64,000 bases of DNA, from the NCBI RefSeq assembly GCF_018350175.1, contig NC_058368.1, forward strand, positions 103,666,001 to 103,730,000, read 5' to 3'. Positions 24,206-37,449 of the stretch are shown here, piece after piece. The DNA is from Felis catus (lineage: Eukaryota). Under the pieces are notes generated by a model. The model worked only from the letters and a program-made list of their open reading frames with translations. It was not told the DNA's origin and ran no database searches. A program made the position numbers and the translations under genes. Positions within the stretch are counted from its first letter, which is position 1, and every line of letters begins with the position of its first letter.

Positions 24206-24417
24206 CGTGGCTCAGTTGGTTCAGTGTCTGACTTCAGCTCAGGTCATGATCTTGCAGTTTGTGGGTTTGAGCCCCCCATCAGGCTCTGTGCTGACAGCTC
24301 CGAGCCTGGAGCCTGCTTCAGATTCTGTGTCTTCCTCTCTCTCTGCCCCTCGCATGCTCATGCTCTGGGTCTCTCTGTCTCTCAATAATGAATAAATGTT
24401 AAAAAAAATTTTTTTAA
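24206..24417 (+). mobile_element. CanSINE, slightly 5'-truncated
   Basis: TSD taaaattactccctc. Confidence 0.95.
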
Positions 24418-25013
24418 ATAAAATTACTCCCTCTATTGCTTTATAATCAGAACGCTGAGCTTCATCCACCACGTTGCCATCCACATTTTTTTATTATTAT
24501 TCACAACAATACTCAGTTTCCTCTGATCTAGCCTGAAGAATAGAAGGATGCTAATAATGATATTGTTTCAGGGATATGGAGGAAACACTCGCTTCACTCT
24601 CTCCAAAATACCTCCAGCCAAACGACTGATTCCTGAAATGCCACAACTGGTAATAACTGCATCATGTAGTGTTTACTTCCCCATAGTATGTACATTTCAA
24701 AATAAATGACAATTAAGTCTTACCAGTCATTTTAAACTTCATAGCAACAGATTGATAAAATCCATTCTGGAGAGCAGGTAAAAAAGAGGGCAAAGAAAGA
24801 CTGTATGTAACACACTGCATGGAGGACACTAGCTTTCGGGAGAAGCGGAAACACCTAAGGAGAGAGGATCTATGTAGATGGAAGAAAGAATGGTAGAAGA
24901 ACGTGGACCTCATGGATTCTGAACACATTTTGTCTAGATCCCGAGTTCCCTTTTGCAGACCCAGTCATTCGTCCCTTGGTTGGGATGCTATGCATTAAGA
25001 GCCTCTCAAAAGA

Positions 25014-25230
25014 GGGGTGCCTGAGTGGCTCAGTCAGTTAGGCTTCCTGACTTCAGCTCAAGTCATGATCTCACAGCTTGTGAGTTCGAGCCCTGCATCG
25101 GGCTCTGTGCTGCCAGCTCAGAGTCTGGAGCCTGCTTCCGATTCTGTGTCTTTCTCTCTGCTCCTCCCCTATTCACACTCTGTCTCTGTCTCTTTCTCAA
25201 AAGTAAGTGTTAAAAAAAAAATTTTTTTTT
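25014..25230 (+). mobile_element. CanSINE
   Basis: ggggtgcctgagtggctcag head, body, A tail. Confidence 0.93.
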
Positions 25231-25363
25231 AAAAGATGCTCTTGAAAAAGTCCAGCAGGCTTCACAAGGGGCTAAAAGAACTAAGTTGAAGACGGAGTTT
25301 GCTGGATTTCCTCCTCTTTCAGCCAGACCATACCCAAAGCTAGAGCTTAACAGAAGGAAATTT

Positions 25364-25545
25364 TGTATATATATATATATATGCATATATGTATGTGTAT
25401 ATGTGTATACACGTATGTATATATGTATACATACACGTATGTGTGTATACACATATACACATACATATATGCATACATACATATGCATACACACATATAT
25501 ATATATACAATTTTGTATATATATTTATACATATATTATATAAAT
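25364..25545. repeat. TA/CA-rich compound microsatellite
   Basis: Direct observation. Confidence 0.93.
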
Positions 25546-26479
25546 ATACAACATAATGTATTAAAATACATAACATTATGTGTAATTATATAATGGCAGA
25601 TGATATTTCTATTTCTACGTGATAACACTAATAGGTGAAACCTACAAGGTACACATCCATATTTTCCCCTCTCAAATCTTCAAAGATGGCAGCGGTTCAG
25701 CCTTCTGAATTATGTGGGGATTTTTCAACACATAATGTGGCATAAACACTAGATATGTGCAACACCATCAATAGGGTGGCTATTCATCATCAAATAGTAT
25801 AATTTCTACCATGGAACATAAAAATGTTCACAAAAATTTGGTTTACAAATGAAATATATATATATAAATATCCTTGTAAAAATTCAGGTCTGATTTTTTT
25901 ACCAGTTTGCTACAATTCTATGAAAAAAAAATTACTGTTTATTAGGCCCTTTTTGGTTTAACAATCAAGGAAAATTGATAAGTGCTTCATCAATTAGGTG
26001 ATAATGCATCTGTCCAAAGTATCCATCAAGGGAAGCGGGGGTATGAACGGACGATGTTCATGTAACTACTGCAAGCCTCATTCAAAGTCTTGTAGCCAAG
26101 TGCTCACAAAGCCCGAGTGAAGAAGGCTGGGAAACAGCTTTTCTTCTACTGCTCTTTTCTGATCACTCTCTCCGCCAGAGCAGCACTGCCCCCTAAGTTA
26201 AGATACCATCATCACTCAAGTGTGGTCTAGTGAGGAGGCTTGAAAAGGAATGATGGACAGCGCCAGCTTGCCACCTTCTGTCTCCACGCTAATTGCCTTC
26301 AGGATCCTGCCTCTTTTACGTCTAGATATAATTTTCTTCTTCCCTGCTGCGCACAGACATCATCATCTTTTAAGTCCTTGGGTGCGGGAGCTTATGAAGA
26401 GAGGAAGAGAGCTTGCCCACATTCCTTCTATCCCAGCCTTTTGTGCAGAATATCTGTTCCCATTTCATCTGAGTAGTGG

Positions 26480-26920
26480 TGGAGTTACTGCTTTCACACA
26501 TCCTACACATCTCCAGCCAGACATCCTTAATTTCCTGTTGGATGCTTCTCCTTGGATAGTGCACCCTCACTTCAAACTAACGGTGAGCTGACAATATTCT
26601 GGCTTAAATGTGCTGCCCTCCAGACTTCTGTCTCCCACAGCCAACTGGGCTTAAAATCCTAGAGACATCAATGACTTCTGTTTGTCCTCCCAAATAGGAG
26701 GCAATGAGCGAGGCCTGCCAGTTCTTCATTTGGAAAATACCGCTTTGTTGTACCAGGCTGTTTCTGAAATTCATATCCTTCTCCACTCATGCCTGGTCTA
26801 CTCTGGCACGCTTGTAAGACAGAGCACCCCATCCCAACCCATCAGAGTCAAATGAATCTTACTAAAGTAATTTTCCATTCACCTTTGCTCCATTTAGAAC
26901 ACTACAGAATTTCCAAGAAT
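26480..26920 (+). mobile_element. L2 fragment
   Basis: catctccagccagac...ttctccttggat...cacttcaaactaac...aaaatcctagagacatcaatgacttc. Confidence 0.65.
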
Positions 26921-26932
26921 AAGAACATACAT

Positions 26933-27165
26933 AGGGGTGCCTGGGTGGCTCGGTCAGTTAAGTGCCCGACTCTTGATTCTGTCTCAGGTCATGAGCTCAC
27001 AGTTTGTAGGTTCAAGTCCCACATCAGGCCATGCGCCAACAGCGTGAAGCCTGCTTGGGATTCTCTATCTCCCTCTCTCTGTCTCTGCCCCTCCCCTGCT
27101 TGTATGTGCTCTCTTTTTCTCTCTCTCTCTCTCTCAAAAATAAAATAAATTAATTAAAAAAAAAA
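26933..27165 (+). mobile_element. CanSINE
   Basis: ggggtgcctgggtggctcgg head, (CT)n, A tail. Confidence 0.94.
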
Positions 27166-27172
27166 GACTATA

Positions 27173-27360
27173 GGGGCACCTGAGTGGTTCAGTTGGTTAA
27201 GCATCTAACTTCGGCTCAGGTCATGATCTCACAGTTCATGAGCTCGAGTCTTGTATTAGGCTCTGCACTGACTGTGCAGAGCCTGCTTGGGATTCTCTCT
27301 CTCTGCCCCTCCTCCACTCAAGCTTTTTCTCTCTTTCAAAATAAACAAACTTTAAAAAAG
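27173..27360 (+). mobile_element. CanSINE tandem to the previous copy
   Basis: ggggcacctgagtggttcag head right after the previous tail. Confidence 0.92.
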
Positions 27361-27802
27361 AATGTGTGTTTAAACAAATTTTAAAATAAATAAACTTTTA
27401 TTTATTATATATATATAATATATATAAATATATATATAATATAATATATATATAATAAACAAATTTTAAAATAAACTTTAAAAAAAGAATACACACACAT
27501 ATATATAATAATGTATATATCTATATATATATCTCTATAGAGAGAAATATACCTTTAATCTGCTTTCAGAGCCTTCCATAATACAAACAAAATTTTCTTT
27601 TCCATTTTCATCTTCCAACCCTCTGCTACAGCTTTCCTACAGATCCACTGGCCCTGGATATCATATACACTTGTCAGCATCTTTCCCACCCCTTCTTTAG
27701 TTCATGCTGTTCACCTGGTTCAAACCTGACTCCGTTCATTCATCAAAGCTCAAGCTTTACATGTCCAAGAAGGGTTCTTTTACCACATAAGGCCATGATA
27801 AT

Positions 27803-28212
27803 TGTGGAACAGACTACTGGTCCTCCTCCAATATCCATTCTCCCCTTCTTTCCCATGACAACAGAACTCTCAGTTTTTAGCTGAGCCCATGAACACCCAG
27901 GTGCAAGACTACACTTCCCAACCTCCCTCGCAAATAGGTGTGGTGTGTGGCTAGGATGTGACCAGTGGAATGTGAATGGAACTGATGTATTTAACTTCTG
28001 GGTCACACACTATAGAGAAGGGGCATACCCTTTGGACCATACAGATGAAAGCAAAACCATCAGAATGGCAGAGGATGACAAGAGATGGCCAGACACCTGA
28101 TGACTCTGCAGAGCAGTGGTGCCATAGAAGCTGATGCAAGAGATTTAAATTGTACCTTGCTTAAGTCATTATTGTCTTCGACCTCTATTATAGCAGCCAA
28201 ATCTATCTCCCA
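27803..28212 (+). mobile_element. MaLR solo LTR (MLT1I/J-like)
   Basis: atatccattctccccttc...actacacttcccaacctccctcgcaaataggtgtgg...accagtggaatgtgaatggaa...ttgcttaagtcatt...tagcagccaaa. Confidence 0.75.
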
Positions 28213-29499
28213 ATCCATTTTACATCATTTATTATTTGTATGACTCAATGGCTTATTCCTATCGCAATCCCAAAATTGTTAGTTGTCTTTGTACTTATAT
28301 ATGTATCTCCTTCAGCCGGTGTGAAGAGGGATCGTGACTTTTCTGCATACAGCTACCTCCAATACAGTTTTCCTTCACACCTAGGTCAAGTACAGCACAC
28401 TAACAAGTTAATGAATACAATCATACTCTATTTATCCATGATCAACAGAGTGGAGAATGAACTCTTTCGTGTAAGACTTGACAAAAAAAAAAAAAAGGAA
28501 AAGAAAAATACACCTCAAAAATATTTATAAGAACTTTTCTTGCATAAAACATCTGCAAATCTATTTCACTCTTCACTGACATATTACACACAAGGTAATA
28601 AACGTAATTCAGTTGATGCTTTTGTCTCAAGATCATAATTACCAATGTTCATTTTATATTATTCTCTATACATCTCAATAACAAGTAAAGGATATATTCC
28701 TAAATATAAAGCACCCAGAAAACCTTTTGGGGGAGCCTTTTATGGTATCTTTTTTTATATACATAAAAGTAATACTGAATTCTTGTGGAATATTTAAAAC
28801 ACGTTGAAAGCCTATAGAAAACAGCCTGAATTTTTATGTTGTATTAACAATATTTTTCTTATCTATTGCCAGCAAAGTATGTGTCATTCTCCTCCATTTC
28901 CTTCAGGCCATTAGTGTGTTGCTGATACAAATACCCTATGAACTAGAATAGCAGATGTTCAAGTGTCCTAGAATTATATAAAGATCTGTGGGAGAACTAA
29001 AATGCTCCACTCTCTTGCGAAAAGAGTAAGTTTCAGGTATGAACCCAGTGCTTTGCCCCTGACTTTGGGGTAGCACATACTAAGCCACTCTTACAATTTT
29101 TCCGGGAGATGAAGCTATGAGTGGGGGAAGAGTTGGGGGCATTAAGATTGCTGAACTCTGGGTTCCTTCCTATAACTTGAGTATTAAGAATTCTAAAGCA
29201 ATCAAGCTAATAGTTATAGGGACAGAGGTAAAAATTTTATGAATCACCAAATGTAATAGTGAGATGTTCTGCTTACACTCACACCACTTGGGTCGTGCTT
29301 CTGTGTATTCCAAATATAATGATAGAAAACACACCTTGGCCATTGGTGCAGTGTAGTTGACTGATCACCCTACTCACCTGCCAGCCTCCTGAGTCCGGGT
29401 TAGCATTTCCTGTTGCCATAGGGGCACAAACGCAGGGAAACCCAAATGTTAAACCCATGCATATCCACTGTGAGAAAATCACTGCAATCACAAATCAAA

Positions 29500-31965
29500 A
29501 ATGTAAACTTTATCTGCTAAAAATCAAGATGCAGCCTGCCTACTGGATCAAACGAGCACATGCCCTGGAACATGGGAGACATTTATTGATCTAGAGGGGA
29601 TAAAATTAAGGGGACAATGGTACATGATCGCGGTCTTGTGTCGAGACTGATCAATTCTGTCTTTATGTCATAATTCAGTGCACGAAAACTTCAATCACCT
29701 CATTTCTCATTTCTCTAGAATATTATATCACTCCACTAGATGGATAACATCACATCAATAGGACTTGGAGAGCATGAGACAACAGACACTCTGGATATCT
29801 TGGATTGACACTTATGTTCTGGAATCTCAAAGAGAGTTTTAAAGAAAAGTCAAGGCCTGCCATCATTGAAGCTCTATGTATCCAGAAGTAACACATTTTA
29901 CCTTCTACTTCTAAGTGGCACAGAAATGTAAGGCCATCTTTGGGTTTTAGAAACCCGTCTTTGGGTTTTGAATATGCCAGATTCAACTACACTGTTTGGC
30001 AGTGTTTTCTGAGCAACCCAAAGAGCTATTAACACGGAGAATATCCTAGACCAAGAGAAATCGATCTCGTGCACGTACTGCCAGTTGCTACTTATGGCCA
30101 CGGAGCTCCATTGTGCTTACAGTCTCTGAGGCAGCCTGGAATACTATTTGGAGCCTGTTGCAAAACTGGATAGAGGAATCACAGCAGTGACACCTGGATT
30201 TTGAAACGGCTATACTCTGTTGAGCAAATCATTTTTTTTTAATGTCTGGCTGCTAATAGTTCTACTGCACAGTGAACACATGCCCACAGGACATGAGCAA
30301 GGGGTGGCTTATGATCTGCACTACTTATAATCAACTTGGTATTGCCTGATGCTTCCACCCACAAAGCTTTGAATACCCAGCAGTTTCTCATTACCACGTA
30401 GAAGTAATGGACACAATATGGGGCTTGAGAAGGTCAGGAAGGCACAACTATTTTGCATAACAGATGGATCCATTTCCCATTGTGCCTGTCACACAGCCAT
30501 CTTTCCCCAAATCCACATACAGGGCCTTGGGGGAAACTCTCTATGACTAAGAAGAAAATCACTCAAGCCTTATTTGCAGATGGCACTTTATTAAATGTTG
30601 GCATCAGCTGGAAGTACATTCTTGTAGTAATTATAGCCCCACTCATGGGTAGCCTTGAATGATAGCGAAAAAGGGAGAAACCCCAGGGGGCAAAATTCAT
30701 TTTTAAATCAACCTGATTAAGGTATAATTCGCATGCAATAAATTCCACAGATTTTAAGTATACAGGTTGATGAGTTGTGACAAATGTCCAGGTAACCAAC
30801 ATCTCAATCAAGATACATAACACGTCTATATTCCAAAGAAGTTCTTTGTACTTCTTCGTAGCCCATTTCCCCATACTCACCAATCCTCACCACAGAGAAC
30901 CACTACTGTGACCTCTGTTACTTCAGATTAGTTTTGCTGGTTCTAACACTTCATATAAAAGGATATACTCTTTTCTGTCTGGTTTTATGCCAACATAATG
31001 TCTCCATGGTTCATTTATGTTGCTGTATGAATCAGCAGTTCCATTCATTTGCGTTACTCAGTAGTATTTCATAACATAGGTCATAATTAGTTTAGTATTC
31101 CCTATCAGTAAAAATTGGATTGCTTCCAATTTTAGGCCATTATACACAAAGTTACCTAAAATACTTATGCACAAATCACTGTATTGGCATAGGCTTCCAT
31201 AAGTCTTGGGTAGATACTTAGGAGTGGAATTATTGGGCCATGCTGTAAGTGTATATTTAACATAATGAGAAATGAGGAGACTGATGTTTGAGCAGTAGGG
31301 TTTTGGGTCCACCTTGCCTGAAAGGAGATGCGGCCTCAGGCAGAGATATAGTGGCTAATAGTTTCCTCATCAATAGCCAAAGACTTGTCAAAAACAAGAT
31401 AGAAAATGGATTAAAGAAGATTTGGAGAAGTATATGGATGAGCCTATGGTGTGACAATACTGATTCTTACCGGTCTATCCCTTTTCACTCCCCTCACTAA
31501 ACACAATGCTTCCAAGTATCTTAAATAGGTAGATGGGAGCTGACCTTTGTATGGCTATCTCAGTGCTTGCTAAATGTGCTACAAAGTAGCCATGATGGCA
31601 AGTCAGAGAGAATGCATAGGATTAGCACTGGGACTTGGCCCTCACGAAACAAGACCTGGCTAATATACACCTCATATGCCAGTAATAGAGAACAACACTG
31701 AGCCACAGGTGGCTGTCAGTTGACCTACATGGCCAGATTACACTGGACCCTTTACATTATGGAAAGGTAGCTATTGAGAACGATTCCTCTTCTGAATTGT
31801 GTACGTGAACAGCATTCGTGAACTTACTAACTGGTATTTCAAAAACCATTTTCTTTTGAACCACTTAGCCCATTTTACATTGGAAGGAATAAGGTGATGT
31901 TCAACATCACCCAGAAGCAGGAAGACAGTATCTTATAAATTTGGGATATACTCTTACATGGTGCT
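29500..31965 (+). mobile_element. Decayed ERV-L internal region (pol: RT, RNase H, integrase), split by L1
   Basis: Collinear with the recalled HERV-L/ERVL pol. RT active site cac tag atg gat aac atc at 29734-29751 corresponds to HYIDDI. RNase H is gccttatttgcagatggc...gatagcgaaaaagggagaaaccccagggggcaaa. After the L1 it resumes gagcagt...aaggagatgcggcc...aaagaagatttggagaag. Integrase is acaaagtagccatgatggca...gattacactggaccctttacattatggaaagg. Confidence 0.8.
30697..31288 (-). mobile_element. Old L1 (L1MC/ME-type) 3' fragment inserted in ERV-L pol
   Basis: aggtataattc...cacagattttaagtatacag...tcatttatgttgctg...ggattgcttccaattt...ttgggtagatacttaggagtggaatt. Confidence 0.88.
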
Positions 31966-31981
31966 AAAATTATTGTCAAAT

Positions 31982-32638
31982 TAAAAATAGATCTACCCTA
32001 TGACCCAGCAATAGCACTGGTAGGAATTTACCCAAAGGATACAGAAGTACTGATGCACAGGGGCACTTGTACCCCAATGTTTATAGCAGCACTCTCGACA
32101 ATAGCCAAATTATGGAAAGAGCCGAAATGTCCATCAACTGACGAATGGATAAAGAAATTGTGGTTTATATACACAATGGAGTACTACGTGGCGATGAGAA
32201 AAAATGAAATATGGCCCTTTGTAGCAACGGGGATGAAACTGGAGAGTGTTATGCTAAGTGAAATAAGCCATACAGAGAAAGACAGATACGGATGGTTTCA
32301 CTCTTATGTGGATCCTGAGAAACTTAACAGAAACCCATGGGGGAGGGGAAGGGGAAAAAAAAAAGAGGTTAGAGTGGGAGAGAGCCAAAGCATAAGAGAA
32401 TCTTGAAAACTGAGAACAAACTGAGGGTTGATGGGGGGTGGGAGGGAGGGAAGGGTGGGTGATGGGTATTGAGGAGGGCACCTTTTGGGATGAGCACTGG
32501 GTGTTGTATGGAAACGAATTTGACAATAAATTTCATATATTGAAAAGAATAAAATAAAATAAAATAAAATAAAATAAAATAAAATAAAATAATAAAATAA
32601 AATAAAATAAAATAAAATAAAATAAAATAAAATAAAAT
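31982..32638 (+). mobile_element. Young feline L1 (L1_Fc-type), 5'-truncated, with (AAAAT)n tail
   Basis: Open ORF2 C-terminus (CTPMFIAALSTIAKLWKEPKCPSTDEWIKK...EYY), G-rich 3'UTR, perfect TSD aaaattattgtcaaat (31966-31981 / 32639-32654). Confidence 0.97.
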
Positions 32639-32696
32639 AAAATTATTGTCAAATGTATGTTCTGCCTCTCTTATTCATAAAACACAGGGCTATGAC

Positions 32697-33078
32697 TTCT
32701 ATGGGCTGAATTTTGTCCACCAATATTCATATATTGAAATTATAACCTCCTGTACCTCAGAATGTGACTGTATTTGGAGATAGGGTCTTAAAGAAGTAAT
32801 TAAGGTAAGATGCAGTCATATGGACGGGCTATATATAATCTCATATGGCCAGTATCCTTATTAAGACAAGGACACAGTTACACACAGAGGGAAGGCCATG
32901 GGAAAACACAGGAAAATGGCCATCTACCAGTCATGGAGAGAGGCCTCAGAAGAAACCAAGCCTGCTGGCACCTTGATATTCGACTTCCAGCCTCCAGAAC
33001 TGTGAGAAAATAAATTTCTGTTGTTTAAGCCACCAAGTCTGTGGTACTTTGCTGTGACAGGCTCGATAGACTAAAACA
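32697..33078 (+). mobile_element. MLT1B-like MaLR solo LTR
   Basis: atgggctgaattttgtcc...tacctcagaatgtgactgtatttggagatagggtc...gacttccagcctccagaactgtgagaaaataaatttctgttgtttaagccacc; 5-bp TSD atgac (32692-32696 / 33079-33083). Confidence 0.92.
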
Positions 33079-33403
33079 ATGACTCATATGATACTTCACA
33101 TATCTCTAATGCATTCAATCATGCACAAAAATTTTGTTTCTGTCTCCATGACTGTTGGCTTTGCTGTTGGTTTTTTGAGCCAGAGTACCAAAAGGATGTA
33201 AGTAACCAGGAGTATGGCAATCTCAGGCTCCTGTCCTTCCATAAATTCTGCCTCTCCCATGTGGTCATCTTGCAGAAGTGTCAGGGAAGGACAAAAGACA
33301 GAGAAATCCGAGATAATGATCGAAATTAACAAAGAAATGGATTAAATTATTAGATTCAAGCTTAATAATAAATTCAAAATTGTTACATTTATTTTCCTGC
33401 TCA

Positions 33404-33417
33404 CCAGCAGGTGGCAG
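33404..33417 (+). promoter_or_regulatory. Candidate CTCF core motif
   Basis: CCAGCAGGTGGCAG fits CCASYAGRKGGCRS at every position, in non-repeat sequence. Confidence 0.4.
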
Positions 33418-33609
33418 CTGATGGGAAAGATTGTTCATCAATACATAAAATTATCTCTGTATATATAACTTATAGTCTGGGTCATATTTTGCAACACTCA
33501 CTATAATACTATTCACAGGGCACACTTAGGAGGTGGTGACTTCTGTTTGGGGAGAGTCCACTGTTAACAGGGCAGGTAGAGTAATCTCTAAAAAGATACA
33601 TGGATTTCT

Positions 33610-33705
33610 TTTTTAAGTAATCTCTATGCCCATGATGGGGCCTGAACTCACAACCCCAAGACCAAGAGTGTCACGCTCCCCTGAGTGAGCCAGCCAGGCC
33701 ATCCC
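33610..33705 (-). mobile_element. Short old CanSINE
   Basis: ggggcctgaactcacaaccccaagaccaagagt...tgagccagccagg; TSD aaagatacat(g/a)gattt. Confidence 0.85.
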
Positions 33706-33859
33706 AAAGATACATAGATTTTTAACTCAAAATTAACCAATGATCAAACACAGTAACAAATCATAGGTTCAAGGACCATTTACCCAACCTTAAATACCAA
33801 TCAGAGCACTAGAAAAAATTACAAAGTAATAAAAACCACTCATTCTTTGATCTACTATG

Positions 33860-34290
33860 CCATACTATACCATATATAATATTACTGCTTTTGTGGATGT
33901 TTCGTAACTTACTTAACAGGTTCTCTATTATTCAAACTTTAGATCACTTCCAATTTTTTGTAATTATAAACAATATTACCTTATGTCCTTATGCATGATT
34001 ATTTTTAATATTTCTGGTTGTTTCCTTAGGCTGAATCCTAGAAGTTTAATATTTTTTAGGCTTTTGGTATTTCTGGACTGTCTTCAAAACTACTGTACTA
34101 AAAATGTGTAACTTCCACCTGGAATATATAACAGTGTCTATTTATTTAAACCCTAACATATGTTGATTTTATATTCTTCATCTTAATAATATGATATGAG
34201 GAAAGCTGTGTTGATATTTCAATTTACATTATTTTTGTGATTATATAGGTAAAATGTTTTGCATGTGAAGGTTGAGCCTTCTCCATTTGG
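33860..34290 (-). mobile_element. Ancient L1ME-type fragment
   Basis: acttaac...tttagatcacttccaattttttgtaattataaacaat...tttccttaggctgaatcctagaagt. Confidence 0.6.
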
Positions 34291-34493
34291 TGATTTCAGG
34301 CACTAGACTTTGACTGAACTGAGCCAAGTCTAGTTTCAATGACAAAGTCAACATAGAAATGCATAATAATGATGAATATCATCCGTCTTAAATATTTGAG
34401 GTTGTAATGTGAGTGAAATTTGCCAATAATTAATTAATACATAATTAATGTACTGATACGTGTGAACTCAAGGCAGGTTATCAGCATGATGAC

Positions 34494-34496
<3 letters not shown>

Positions 34497-34540
<44 letters not shown>
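34497..34540. repeat. (CA)n microsatellite
   Basis: Direct observation. Confidence 0.97.
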
Positions 34541-34543
<3 letters not shown>

Positions 34544-35870
34544 CATCTATAGCAATAAAGTGCCAGTCTGACACTTAAAAATACTTAAGTTTTGGTTTGT
34601 TGTTGTTGTTTTAAACTAAACAAGTTTTTTTAGCTAAGCCTTGTTGTTTTAAGCTAAGCCTGACATTCTCTTTGAAATGGAAAGTCACATATGGTATTAT
34701 TCTTTGTTGGGATATTTTTAATATTGGTTAAGCATAATCTTCAAAATAATACCATTTTTTTTTCATATGGAAAGCAAATGAGTGGCTTGGGAAGAGAGTT
34801 ACAATTTAGTTTTTCAAGAAAAAAAGTTAAAATGTTTCTCAATGGTTAACCATCTGAGAGAGAGATGAAATTTGCCTCGCATGTCAAAAGCAATTGAAAT
34901 GGAAGACAAATATCCTTTCCATTTCTCTCTCTAATTTGCACCCTCACTTCAATAGTTTAACTACTTTCCTGACTCTGATTCAGCTTTTGGGCCCATGCAA
35001 ACCTACAGAATCATTACTTAGCATGAATTGTATTCAGACATCAAAGAGCTAATTGCCAAGCTCTTTATTCTAAAGCAGAAATCCTCACATATATTCATAG
35101 TCTTTGACAAAGCTGTGTTTGTTTTACAGCCCAGTTTTTGTTTTGACCAAACACAGTATTATTTAGGGCAAATAGGCTCTAAACTACCAAAGTAACGAAC
35201 GTGTAAACAGACTCACGTATGGAATTCATCATAGTCTGCAAACAAATTCACCGTATTGTAACTCTACAGGAATTCTGAAACATTCTATCACTATTAGAAA
35301 CTTTTTTCATTGATAGAGGATCTAAAGAGTGTTACTAGGTTTAGCTACGCAAACAATTATAAGATTTATCTGCACAGTAGACAGCTATCAATTTGAAACG
35401 TAGACAGGATGGAGTTTAGAGGCCAATGTCAGTATTAAATATCCCAGGAAACTGTCATCAAAAAAAAAAAAAAAAAAACAAAGACAAAAAACAAACAAAA
35501 AAAACCCAGTGTAAATAACACAAATAGCAATACTAAGTGCCCAAGGAATTGAATCCTGCTAATTCAACTGAGGGGAAAAAAGAATTCCAATGTGTTCAAT
35601 CTGAGAAGCATAATCAACTGGAAGCCTTGGAGTCCTTAAAGGCTCTTACTCAAACAAGAAGTTAAAAGAAACAGAAGTAGCGTTGGGAATGAGAAAATAA
35701 TTGGTTTAGGCTAATCAGAATACATTCCTGAGTTATTGTGAGGCGAGGTGCCTGAAATAGTGAACTAACACGGGTGGGTTAGTATGTACAAAAAAAGTAC
35801 ATCAATTTGGCCTTCTGGTTGTTTAGCTGGAGACAAAGAACTCTGATTTCTGTCATGGATAGTCATTTGT

Positions 35871-36378
35871 GGGTTTTTTTGGGGTTTTTTTTGTTGTTGA
35901 CGTTATTTTATTGTTCAATTTTTAAAGTGAAATTTTAATTTTTTTAATTTTTTTTTAAATTTTTATCTATTTTTTTAACTTGTTTCATTTTTTATTTTTT
36001 TCAGTTTAGATCCAAATTAGTTAGCATATAGTGCAACAATGATTTCAGGAGTAGATTCCTTAATGCCCCTTACCCATTTAGCCCATCCCCCCTCCCACAG
36101 CCCCTCCCGTAACCCTCAGTTTGTTCTCCATATTTATGAGTCTCTTCTGTTTTGTCCCCCTCCCTGTTTTTATACTATTTTTGTTTCCCTTCCCTTATGT
36201 TCATCTTTTTTGTCTCTTAAAGTCCTCGTATGAGTGAAGTCATATGATTTTTGTCTTTCTCTAATTTCACTTAGCATAATACCCTCCAGTTCCATCCATG
36301 TAGTTGCAAATGGCAAGATTTCATTCTCTTTGCCGAGTAATACTCAGCATTGTATAGATATACCACAACTTCTTTATG
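35871..36378 (-). mobile_element. Feliform/carnivore L1 3' end
   Basis: T-rich tail, ttagcataataccctccagttccatccatgtagttgcaaatggcaagatttcattc; perfect TSD tggatagtcatttgt. Confidence 0.95.
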
Positions 36379-36743
36379 TGGATAGTCATTTGTTGATGTG
36401 TCATTCAACAAAATAAGGAATTACAGGAAAAAATGATCATTTCATAATGTGGGTGGATGGAGATGGAGTGGAGAAGTGAGAATATGTTTCCATCAACTGA
36501 GGAGACACCTATGTTGTGAAGCCCGATCATAGGGAAGAAACGGGGATCTTAAATCCTGAAGTTAATCTCTGGTTAACAGCAGCCTTTGGGTGCTATCAGA
36601 AATCATGCATCTGCTGAAGCTATGGGAAAAGGTAAATTCCATCAGGAACAGTTTGAAAAACAAAAACACAAGGGGGTAATAAAGACACTTGACAAATAAC
36701 AGTATTACAGGGATGGGCCAAGAAAGCATTGTCAATAAAAGGG

Positions 36744-36806
36744 TTTTTTTCTTAATTTATTTATTTATTCTTGAAAGAGAGAAAGAGTGTGTCAGTGGGG
36801 GAGGGG

Positions 36807-36844
<38 letters not shown>

Positions 36845-36974
36845 ATCTCAAGCAGGCTCCGCACTCTCAGCAGGTTGCCCAATGTAAGGCTCGAACCCAC
36901 GAACCATGAGATCACAACCTGAGCCAAAATCAAGATGTCAGACGCTTAACCAACTGAGCCACCTAGGCATCCCC
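36744..36974 (-). mobile_element. CanSINE
   Basis: Reverse SINE with (GA)n. Confidence 0.93.
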
Positions 36975-37449
36975 ATAAAAGGAAATTAAAATGTAGCCAC
37001 AGAAGGGCTGGAAGTAAACCAGAAATAAGAGTTGTTACAGAAGCCAAGAGAACAGAAAGAGCTAAAAAGGTAAGCATAATCAAAAGTCTCAGGTGTCATT
37101 CAGAGGAAAATAAGATAAGCACTAAAATTGTCCACAGGTCTTAATAATAGGAAGCCATTAAATGTGACTTGGGGAAGGCGTGATAGAGCAGAAGTGTCAG
37201 TGGTCCTGAACTGATCCGTAAACAGAAGGAGAGGGAGAAAGATCCGCATGCACTCTGGTTTCTCTCACCCCCTCAAAAATTCCTGTCTCCATAGGTTTTA
37301 GCAGCAAGAAAATTCACCTGTATTTCTCAGGGACACACAAAAGGTATCCTTGTCTGAGTCACAAATAAAACATCTGGGGTCACTCCCATTTGCCTCAGAC
37401 AACACTTTTACGGGATATGTAGGATGGAGTAGGATTTAGGGATAAGAAC

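Noticed and set aside
32697..33078. MLT1B as the 3' LTR of the ERV-L fossil
   Set aside because: It has its own 5-bp TSD (atgac) on both sides, so it is an independent solo LTR.
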